A stretch of DNA of 64,000 nt. It comes from Azolla caroliniana. Taxonomy: Eukaryota > Plantae > Polypodiophyta. The notes beneath the pieces were generated by a model. That model was not told the DNA's origin, did not search any database, and was given only the letters and a program-made list of their open reading frames with translations. Positions within the stretch are counted from its first letter, which is position 1, and each line of letters begins with the position of its first letter. The translations under genes were made by a program, and so were the position numbers. The stretch spans positions 248,001 through 312,000 of the forward strand of contig JBHGNT010000008.1 of the NCBI GenBank assembly GCA_043228905.1. The letters run 5' to 3'. Positions 11,102 to 21,100 of this stretch are shown one piece after another.

Positions 11102-11133
11102 GTCCAGCCAAAATAGGAGCCGTTTGGTTGGAC
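11089..11133 (+). promoter_or_regulatory. Programmed -1 ribosomal frameshift signal (slippery G_TTA_AAC plus stem-loop)
   Basis: The pol frame is -1 relative to gag and open from 11074. Heptamer at 11089-11095, 6-nt spacer, then an 11-bp stem GTCCAGCCAAA/TTTGGTTGGAC with one G-U pair. Confidence 0.8.
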
Positions 11134-14100
11134 AGCCCTAGATCTGTGCAGCCCATTAGTGGTTCCATTCCCTCTAAGCAAGTTAGTGATGTGTTCGTAG
11201 TCCAAGTAGCAGTTAGTACTAAAAGTACCCCTCCAGTACATACCTTAGCCCTTCTAGATTCCGGAGCTAATTCTTGCTTCATGGATAGGAATTTTGCCCG
11301 AGCTCATCAGATATCTCTCAGAAAGCTCCCATGTCCAGCCTCAGTAGTAGTCATTGATGGTCGTCCCATTGCTTCTGGTAATATCATAGAAGAGTCGGAA
11401 CCCGTTAATATTGTCCTAGATAACTTAACATGTGTAGTATCATTTAATATTATTAGTATTCCAGAACATCCCATAGTTTTAGGATTACCATGGTTCGAGT
11501 TACATGACCCAGACATAGATTGGAGGACAAGGGAAATCCGGTTGCGACAAACCCAAGGATCTACCCAGAAGGTTGCAACCATTTCGCTACGTCAGTTGCG
11601 TGAGGAAGGGCGCAAGGAGGAAATGTTTCTCTTTGCAATATCAGTACAACCCTCCAGCACCACCAAAGAGGAGTCCACCGTTCAACTCCCCGAGAAGTAT
11701 CGTCAGTATGCTGATGTGTTCGATAAAGTACAAGCCAACACACTTCCTCATCATCGGCCGTACGACTGCGCCATCGACTTACAACCGGGAAAAGAGCCGC
11801 CATGGGGGCCGATCTACAATTTGTCACCAACCGAGCTAGAAGTCCTTCGAGCCTATATAGAGGAGAATTTGGAGAACGGTTTCATTCAGCATTCGAAATC
11901 TCCAGCCGGCGCACCCATTTTCTTCGTCAAGAAAAAAGATGGCTCGCTTCGACTCGTTGTAGATTACCGTGGCTTGAATAAGGTCACAGTAAGAAATAGG
12001 TATGCTCTTCCCCTTATCTCAAGTCTTTTAGAACGGATCAACGGTGCCAGGTTCTTCACGAAGATCGACTTACGAGGAGCCTATAACCTCGTACGGATCC
12101 AACCAGGAGATGAATGGAAGACCGCGTTTCGCACCAGATATGGGCATTTCGAGTATACGGTCATGCCGTTCGGACTCACTAATGCGCCGGCAGTCTTCCA
12201 GCACATGGCGAATGATATATTTCGAGACCTCTTGGATGATTTTTTGATCATCTATTTGGATGATCTACTGGTTTATTCAAAGACCCAAGAAGAACATGAT
12301 TCTCATGTACTATTAGTACTAAAACGACTTCGAGAACATGGTCTGTATGCAAAGTTAGAGAAATGTAGTTTCGGGTGCAACCAAGTGGAGTTTCTCGGCT
12401 ATGTCATCTCCTCAGAAGGCATATCTATGGACCCAGCCAAGGTCAAAACGGTGATAGAATGGCACACTCCGCGTTCGGTGCGGGATGTGCAATGCTTCCT
12501 AGGCTTTGCAAATTTCTACCGGAAGTTCATACAAAATTACTCAAAAATTGTGCTACCTCTCACACAGCTCACCAGGAAGGGACAATCATTCATTTGGTCT
12601 AAAGAGACGGACATGGCTTTCGAGAGTCTTAAGAAGGCGTTTACATCAGCTCCAATTTTAGGTCATGTGGATCCGGAAAAACCATTCATTATCGAAGCTG
12701 ATGCATCGGATTTCGCATTGGGGAGCATTCTGTCACAACAGGGTAACGACGAGAAGCTACATCCTGTGGCTTTCCACTCCCGTAAGTTTGACGCCGCCGA
12801 AATCAACTACGAAATTCATGATAAAGAGCTATTAGCAATAGTTGATTCTTTTATGCAATGGAGGCATTTCCTGGAGGGATCTCCTCATCAGGTCACTGTA
12901 TTCAGTGACCACAAGAACCTTGCCTACTTTCAAGATGCTCGTGTACTGAATCGACGTCAAGCTCGGTGGGCCCATTTCCTCACACGCTTCGACTTCAAAA
13001 TTACATATCGTCCGGGGAAGCACCAAGGGAAGGCAGATGCATTATCACGGCGTTCGTATCTAACACCACGTCCCGGTGAGCCAGCTTTCGATAACCAGAA
13101 GCAAGTAATCTTGGGTCCAGCACGACTGCAAGCAGCACAGATCTTTGACATGCCCGTGGATTCCGACATTACCAATACTATACGTGAGGACTTGAAGACT
13201 GACGCTTTCGCCCAAGCTATACTAGCACAAATTGACCCCTCTCGAGCGTCATGTTCACAATCACAATCACCAGGTACGGATTATCGGCAATTCAAATACT
13301 GTGATGGATTACTCTTCTTTAAAGAACTTTTGTATGTTCCTAATGGTTCTTGCCGCCTTCGAGTAGTACAAAACTGCCATGACACATATACAGCAGGACA
13401 TTTTGGTAGTACTAAAACATTAGATTTAGTACAACGATCATTCTGGTGGCCCCGTATGCGACAATTTGTCGAAGATTTTGTTCGGACTTGCGATACATGC
13501 TGCAGAGCGAAAATGCCAAGACATCATCCATATGGTTTATTAGAACCATTACCAATTCCAAGCAAGCCATGGCAATCCATTGCTCTTGACTTCATTACAG
13601 ATCTTCCAGTCTCTAAGGGATTCAGTGCGATTCTCACAGTGGTGGATCGATATACGAAGATGGCTCATTTCTTACCATGTACTAAAGAAATATCTAGTGA
13701 AGACACCGCCGAAATTGTCATGCGGGAAGTATGTCGGCATCATGGACTCCCTGATAATATCATCAGCGATCGTGGACCCCAGTTTGTGTCAAAATTCTGG
13801 AAGCACCTTTTTAAAATGCTCAAGGTCACTTGTAACCTCTCCTCCGGCTACCACCCACAAACCGACGGTCAAGCCGAACGAACAAATCAAACACTGGAGC
13901 AGTATCTGCGGTGCTTTCTCAACTATCATCAGAATGACTGGGCAGATATTCTTCCGTTCGCCGAATTTGCCTATAATAACGCTATCCACGCATCGACTAA
14001 AGTCACGCCATTCTACGCTTATACGGGATATCATCCCCGGTGGTGTGTCCTTGAAACCCCAGAAGTGTCCACAAATCCTTGCGCGGAGGATCGTTTGGAG

Positions 14101-14685
14101 CGGTTACGCAAGATACAAGCGGATTTATCTACTCAACTCCAACAAGCTCAACAATCACACAAGGACTACGCAGATCGTCATCGACTTCCATCCAGTTTTA
14201 ACATTGGAGATCGGGTGTGGCTGCTACGACGACACATCAAGACTACTCGCCCATGTGAGAAGTTGGATTATCGACGATTAGGTCCTTTCCGTATTATCGG
14301 GAAGATTAATGATGTCGCTTTTCGTCTCGAGCTACCTCCGCAACTTCGGATACACCCGGTGTTTCATAGTTCTCTCCTCGAACCCTATCACGAGAGCACT
14401 ATCCCAGGACGTACTATACAACCTCCACCTCCTATCGAGCTCGAAGATGGACCTGAGTATGAGGTCGCTGCCATCCTCGATTCCAAGATTGTTCGCAACA
14501 AGCTCTACTATCTAGTCGATTGGCTAGGATATAGTCCCAGCGAGCGTACTTGGGAACCGATCGAGAATGTGACCAATGCTCGTGCTCTTCTAGAAGACTT
14601 CCATCGACGATATCCCGAGAAACCGGGTCCTCAATCCAAAACGACTCGTGAAACTCGTCGTTTTAAAGGGGGGATAGTGTCATAA
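11128..14685 (+). CDS. pol: Pol polyprotein: aspartic protease, reverse transcriptase, RNase H, integrase, chromodomain (frame open from 11074; probably made as a Gag-Pol fusion)
   Basis: LLDSGA (PR). VMPFGL and YLDD (RT). EADASD (RH). HX6H...CDTC, LDF, SDRG and GQAERTN (IN). LGPF (GPY/F motif). EYEVAAIL...YLVDWLGY...TWEP (chromodomain). Confidence 0.97.
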   Translation: MDSPRSVQPISGSIPSKQVSDVFVVQVAVSTKSTPPVHTLALLDSGANSCFMDRNFARAHQISLRKLPCPASVVVIDGRPIASGNIIEESEPVNIVLDNLTCVVSFNIISIPEHPIVLGLPWFELHDPDIDWRTREIRLRQTQGSTQKVATISLRQLREEGRKEEMFLFAISVQPSSTTKEESTVQLPEKYRQYADVFDKVQANTLPHHRPYDCAIDLQPGKEPPWGPIYNLSPTELEVLRAYIEENLENGFIQHSKSPAGAPIFFVKKKDGSLRLVVDYRGLNKVTVRNRYALPLISSLLERINGARFFTKIDLRGAYNLVRIQPGDEWKTAFRTRYGHFEYTVMPFGLTNAPAVFQHMANDIFRDLLDDFLIIYLDDLLVYSKTQEEHDSHVLLVLKRLREHGLYAKLEKCSFGCNQVEFLGYVISSEGISMDPAKVKTVIEWHTPRSVRDVQCFLGFANFYRKFIQNYSKIVLPLTQLTRKGQSFIWSKETDMAFESLKKAFTSAPILGHVDPEKPFIIEADASDFALGSILSQQGNDEKLHPVAFHSRKFDAAEINYEIHDKELLAIVDSFMQWRHFLEGSPHQVTVFSDHKNLAYFQDARVLNRRQARWAHFLTRFDFKITYRPGKHQGKADALSRRSYLTPRPGEPAFDNQKQVILGPARLQAAQIFDMPVDSDITNTIREDLKTDAFAQAILAQIDPSRASCSQSQSPGTDYRQFKYCDGLLFFKELLYVPNGSCRLRVVQNCHDTYTAGHFGSTKTLDLVQRSFWWPRMRQFVEDFVRTCDTCCRAKMPRHHPYGLLEPLPIPSKPWQSIALDFITDLPVSKGFSAILTVVDRYTKMAHFLPCTKEISSEDTAEIVMREVCRHHGLPDNIISDRGPQFVSKFWKHLFKMLKVTCNLSSGYHPQTDGQAERTNQTLEQYLRCFLNYHQNDWADILPFAEFAYNNAIHASTKVTPFYAYTGYHPRWCVLETPEVSTNPCAEDRLERLRKIQADLSTQLQQAQQSHKDYADRHRLPSSFNIGDRVWLLRRHIKTTRPCEKLDYRRLGPFRIIGKINDVAFRLELPPQLRIHPVFHSSLLEPYHESTIPGRTIQPPPPIELEDGPEYEVAAILDSKIVRNKLYYLVDWLGYSPSERTWEPIENVTNARALLEDFHRRYPEKPGPQSKTTRETRRFKGGIVS
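14665..14677 (+). other. Polypurine tract
   Basis: AAAGGGGGGATAG immediately precedes TGTCA of the 3' LTR. Confidence 0.9.
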
Positions 14686-14967
14686 CTAGACTCGAACCCA
14701 TAACCTTTTGTTACACGGGTCGAGACTTTACCATTAGGTTATGAGTTGTAATTTGAAGGATATTATTTTCATTTAGGTTTTATTAGGAAATTGATGTATA
14801 TTCCAGATTTCTCTGGAACATTCTAGAAACTTCAGGAGTATTCCTGAAGACACTATAAAAGGAGGCGCAAGGCATTAGTTCGAACCAAATCGGTTCAACG
14901 CCAGTCTTAAGCCTTCTAACTACTGTTGTATATCTTCCGTCATATAATACATATATCTTTCGCATCA

Positions 14968-15015
<48 letters not shown>

Positions 15016-15148
15016 ACTCATTCCTTCTCTCAAAGTTCGACACCTCTCATAGTACTAATCCTTCTCTGTCTTAGTACTATTCCCCAACAATAGTACTAAT
15101 CCTTCTTTTAGTACTAATTCCTTCTCTGCCTTAATAGAGTTCCTGACA
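14678..15148 (+). repeat. 3' LTR of copy 1 (471 bp)
   Basis: TGTCA...TGACA, followed by TSD GTTTG. Confidence 0.96.
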
Positions 15149-18100
15149 GTTTGAACACTAAAATCCGATATCACATGGGCCAGGTATGAACATTTTAATT
15201 TACTCTCGGGCTCTTCTCAACTCCCTCCTCAAATTTGGTTATTTCTTCATGTCTCTGAACGTGAGTTTCAAAATCCTTATTTTTTACTTCCATATGATAG
15301 CTAACATTTTAAGCTTAGATTCAAATGTTTGAACACTAAAATCCAATATCACATGGGACAGGTATGAACATTTTAATCTACTCTCGGGCTCTTCTCAACT
15401 CCCTCCTCAAATTTGGTAATTTCTTCATGTCTCTCGACCTGAGTTTCGAAAGCTTGATTTTCTAATTCCATATCATAGCTATCGTTGTTAGCTTCCATTC
15501 GCATGTTTGAACACTAAAATCCGATATCACATGGGCCAGGTATGAACATTTTAATTTACTCTCGGGCTCTTCTCAACTCCCTCCTCAAATTTGGTTATTT
15601 CTTCATGTCTCTGAACGTGAGTTTCAAAATCCTTGATTTTCTAATTCCATATCATAGCTAGCATTGTTAGCTTCGATTCGCATGTTTGAACACTCAAATC
15701 CGATATCACATGGGCCAGGTATGAACATTTTAATTTTCTCTCGGGCTCTTCTCAACTCCCTCCTCAAATTTGGTTATTTTTTCATGTCTCTTGACGTGAG
15801 TTTCAAAAGCTTGATTTTTGAATTCCATATCATAGGTAGCTTTGCTAGCTTCGATTCGCATGTTTGAACACAAAAATCCGATATCACATGCGCCAGGTAT
15901 AAACATTTTAATTTACTCTCGGGCTCTTCTCTACTCCCTCCTCTAATTTTGGAATTTCTTCATGTCTCTCGACCTGAGTTTCAAAATCTTGATTTTTGAT
16001 CTGCATAACATAGCTCGCATTGTTAGCTTCGGTTCGCATATTTGAACACTAAAATCCGATATCACATGGGCCAGGTATGAACATTTTAATTTACTCTAGG
16101 CCTCTTCTCTACTCCCTCCTCTAATTTGGTAATTTTTTCATGTCTCTCGACCTGAGTTTCAAAACCTTGATTTTTTAATTCGATATCATAGCTAGACTTG
16201 TTAGCTTCGATTTGTATGTTTGAACACTAAAATCCGATATCACATGGGCCAGGTATGAACATTTTAATTTACTCTCGGGCTCTTCTCTACTCCCTCCTCT
16301 AATTTTGGAATTTCTTCATGTCTCTCGACCTGAGTTTGAAAATCTTGATTTTTTAATTCCATATTATAGCTAGCATTGTTAGCTTCGATTCGCATGTTTG
16401 AACACTAAAATCCTATATCACATGGGCCAGGTATGAACATTTTAATTTACTCACGCGCTCTTCTCAACTCCCTCCTCTAATTTGGTAATTTCTTCATGTC
16501 TCTCGACCTGAGTTTCAAAACCTTGATTTTTTAGTTCTATATCATAGCTAGACTTTGTTAACTTCGATTTGTATGTTTGAACACTAAAATCCGATATCAT
16601 ATGGGCCAGGTATGAACATTTTAATTTACTCTCGGGCTCTTCTCTACTCCCTCCTCTAATTTTGGAATTTCTTCATGTCTCTCGACCTGAGTTTGAAAAT
16701 CTTGATTTTTTAATTCCATATTATAGCTAGCATTGTTAGCTTCGATTCGCATGTTTGAACACTAAAATCCTATATCACATGGGCCAGGTATGAACATTTT
16801 AATTTACTCACGCGCTCTTCTCAACTCCCTCCTCAAATTTGGTAATTTCTTCATGTCTCTCGACTTGAGTTTGAAAATCTTGATTTTTTAATTCTATATC
16901 ATAGCTAGCCTTGTTAGCTTCGATTCTTATGTTTGAACACTAAAATCTGATATCACATGGGCCAGGTATGAACATTTTAATTTACTCTCGGGCTCTTCTC
17001 AACTCCCTTCTCAAATTTGGTTATTTCTTCATGTCTCTCGACGTGAGTTTCGAAAGCTTGATTTTTTAATTCCATATCATAGGTAGCTTTGCTAGCTTCG
17101 ATTCGCATGTTTAAACACTAAAATCCGATATCACATGGGCCAGGTATGAACATTTGAATTTACTCTCGGGCTCTTCTCAACTCCCTCCTCAAATTTGGTT
17201 ATTTCTTCATGTCTCTCAACGTGAGTTTCAAAATCCTTATTTTTTACTTCCATATGATAGCTAACATTGTAAGCTTCGATTCAAATGTTTGAACACTAAA
17301 ATCCAATATCACATGGGACAGGTATGAACATTTTAATTTACTCTCGGGCTCTTCTCAACTCCCTCCTCAAATTTGGTAATTTCTTCATGTCTCTCGACCT
17401 GAGTTTCAAAAGCTTCATTTTTTAATTCCATATCATAGGTAGCATTGTTAGCTTCGATTCGCATGTTTGAACACAAAAATCCGATATCACATGGGCCAGG
17501 TATGAACATTTTAATTTACTCTCGGCCTCTTCTCTACTCCCTCTTCTAATTTGGTAATTTCTTCATGTCTCTCGACCTGAGTTTCAAAACCTTGATTTTT
17601 TAATTGGATATCATAGCTAGACTTGTTAGCTTCGATTCGTATGTTTGAACACTAAAATCCGATATCACATGGGCCAGGTATGAACATTTTAATTTACTCT
17701 CGGGCTCTTCTCTACTCCCTCCTCTAATTTTGGAATTTCTTCATGTCTCTCGACCTGAGTTTGAAAATCTTGATTTTTTAATTCCATATTATAGCTAGCA
17801 TTGTTAGCTTCGATTCGCATGTTTGAACACTAAAATCCTATATCACATGGGCCAGGTATGAACATTTTAATTTACTCACGCGCTCCTCTAAACTCCCTCC
17901 TCAAATTTGGTAATTTCTTCATGTCTCTCGACCTGAGTTTGAAAATCTTGATTTTTTATTCCATATCATAGGTAGGTTTGTTAGCTTCCATTCGCATGTT
18001 TAAACACTCAAATCCGATATCACATTGGCCAAGTCTAAACATTTTAATTTACTCTCGGGCTCTTCTCTACTCCCTCCTCTAATTTGGGAATTTCTTCATG

Positions 18101-21100
18101 TCTCTCGACCTGAGTTTGAAAATCTTGATTTTTTAATTCTATATCATAGCTAGCCTTGTTAGCTTCGATTCTTATGTTTGAACACTAAAATCTGATATCA
18201 CATGGGCCAGGTATGAACATTTTAATTTACTCTCGGGCTCTTCTCAACTCCCTTCTCAAATTTGGTTATTTCCTCATGTCTCTCGACGTGAGTTTCGAAA
18301 GCTTGATTTTTTAATTCCATATCATAGGCAGCTTTGCTAGCTTCGATTCGCATGTTTAAACACTAAAATCCGATATCACATGGGCTAGGTATGAACATTT
18401 GAATTTACTCTCGGGCTCTTCTCAACTCCCTCCTCAAATTTGGTTATTTCTTCATGTCTCTCAACGTGAGTTTCAAAATCCTTATTTTTTACTTCCATAT
18501 GATAGCTAACATTGTAAGCTTCGATTCGCATGTTTGAACACAAAAATCCGATATCACATGGGCCAGGTATGAACATTTTAATTTACTCTCGGCCTCTTCT
18601 CTACTCCCTCCTCTAATTTGGTAATTTCTTCATGTCTCTCGACCTGAGTTTCGAAACCTTGATTTTTTAATTGGATATCATAGCTAGACTTGTTAGCTTC
18701 GATTCGTATGTTTGAACACTAAAATCCGATATCACATGGGCCAGGTATGAACATTTTAATTTACTCTCGGGCTCTTCTCTACTCCCTCCTCTAATTTTGG
18801 AATTTCTTCATGTCTCTCGACCTGAGTTTGAAAATCTTGATTTTTTAATTCCATATTATAGCTAGCATTGTTAGCTTCGATTCGCATGTTTGAACACTAA
18901 AATCCTATATCACATGGGCCAGGTATGAACATTTTAATTTACTCACGCGCTCCTCTAAACTCCCTCCTCAAATTTGGTAATTTCTTCATGTCTCTCGACC
19001 TGAGTTTGAAAATCTTGATTTTTTATTCCATATCATAGGTAGGTTTGTTAGCTTCCATTCGCATGTTTAAACACTCAAATCCGATATCACATTGGCCAAG
19101 TCTAAACATTTTAATTTACTCTCGGGCTCTTCTCTACTCCCTCCTCTAATTTGGGAATTTCTTCATGTCTCTCGACCTGAGTTTGAAAATCTTGATTTTT
19201 TAATTCTATATCATAGCTAGCCTTGTTAGCTTCGATTCTTATGTTTGAACACAAAAATCTGATATCACATGGGCCAGGTATGAACATTTTAATTTACTCT
19301 CGGGCTCTTGTCAACTCCCTTCTCAAATTTCGTTATTTCCTCATGTCTCTCGACGTGAGTTTCGAAAGCTTGATTTTTTAATTCCATATCATAGGTAGCT
19401 TTGCTAGCTTCGATTCGCATGTTTAAACACTAAAATCCGATATCACATGGGCCAGGTATGAACATTTGAATTTACTCTCGGGCTCTTCTCAACTCCCTCC
19501 TCAAATTTGGTTATTTCTTCATGTCTCTCAACGTGAGTTTCAAAATCCTTATTTTTTACTTCCATATGATAGCTAACATTGTAAGCTTCGATTCAAATGT
19601 TTGAACACTAAAATCCAATATCACATGGGACAGGTATGAACATTTTAATTTACTCTCGGGCTCTTCTCAACTCCCTCCTCAAATTTGGTAATTTCTTCAT
19701 GTCTCTCGACCTGAGTTTCAAAAGCTTCATTTTTTAATTCCATATCATAGGTAGCATTGTTAGCTTCGATTCGCATGTTTGAACACAAAAATCCGATATC
19801 ACATGGGCCAGGTATGAACATTTTAATTTACTCTCGGCCTCTTCTCTACTCCCTCCTCTAATTTGGTAATTTCTTCATGTCTCTCGACCTGAGTTTCAAA
19901 ACCTTGATTTTTTAATAGGATATCATAGCTAGACTTGTTAGCTTCGATTCGTATGTTTGAACACTAAAATCCGATATCACATGGGCCAGGTATGAACATT
20001 TTAATTTACTCTCGGGCTCTTCTCTACTCCCTCCTCTAATTTTGGAATTTCTTCATGTCTCTCGACCTGAGTTTGAAAATCTTGATTTTTTAATTCCATA
20101 TTATAGCTAGCATTGTTAGCTTCGATTCGCATGTTTGAACACTAAAATCCTATATCACATGGGCCAGGTATGAACATTTTAATTTACTCACGCGCTCCTC
20201 TAAACTCCCTCCTCAAATTTGGTAATTTCTTCATGTCTCTCGACCTGAGTTTGAAAATCTTGATTTTTTATTCCATATCATAGGTAGGTTTGTTAGCTTC
20301 CATTCGCATGTTTAAACACTCAAATCCGATATCACATTGGCCAAGTCTAAACATTTTAATTTACTCTCGGGCTCTTCTCTACTCCCTCCTCTAATTTGGG
20401 AATTTCTTCATGTCTCTCGACCTGAGTTTCAAAACCTAGATTTTTTAATTCTATATCATAGCTAGCCTTGTTAGCTTCAATTCTTATGTTTGAACACTAA
20501 AATCTGATATCACATGGGCCAGGTATGAACATTTTAATTTACTCTCGGGCTCTTCTCAACTCCCTCCTCAAATTTGGTTATTTCTTCATGTCTCTCGACG
20601 TGAGTTTCAAAATCTTGATTTTTTAATTCCATATCATAGCTATCGTTGTTAGCTTCCATTCGCATGTTTGAACACTAAAATCCGATATCACATGGGCCAG
20701 GTATGAACATTTTAATTTACTCTCGGGCTCTTCTCAACTCCCTCCTCAAATTTGGTTATTTCTTCATGTCTCTCGACCTGAGTTTCAGAACCTTGATTTT
20801 TTAATTCCATATCATAGGTACCTTTGTTAGCTTCGATTCGCATATTTGAACACTAAAATCCGATATCACATGGGCCAGGTATGAACATTTTAATTTACTC
20901 TCGGGCTCCTCTCTACTCCCTCCTCTAATTTGGGAATGTCTTCATGTCTCTCGACCTGAGATTCAAAATCTTGATTTTTTAATTCCATATCATGGGTACC
21001 TTTGTTAGCTTCGATTCTCATATTTGAACACTAAAATCCGATATAACATGGGCCAGGTATGAACATTTTAATTTACTCTCGGGCTCTTCTCAACTACCTC

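Larger units (their letters stand above)
9417..15148 (+). mobile_element. Full-length Ty3/gypsy chromovirus LTR retrotransposon, copy 1 (Tf1/sushi group, possibly Tcn1-like), 5732 bp
   Basis: Paired LTRs bounded by TGTCA...TGACA. 5-bp TSD GTTTG at 9412-9416 and 15149-15153. Intact gag and PR-RT-RH-IN-chromodomain pol in gypsy domain order. PPT precedes the 3' LTR. Clade assignment below chromovirus is inference. Confidence 0.97.

Noticed and set aside
11113-11140. H-type pseudoknot (loop UAGG pairing with downstream CCUA) at the frameshift site
   Set aside because: The connecting strand of 1-3 nt seems too short to span an 11-bp stem, so a simple hairpin is preferred.
13580-14281. 233-aa alternative-frame ORF overlapping integrase (mirrored at 51249-51950)
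   Set aside because: TTG start and no recognisable motif. Its presence in both copies is uninformative because the copies are nearly identical. It would need conservation in diverged relatives.
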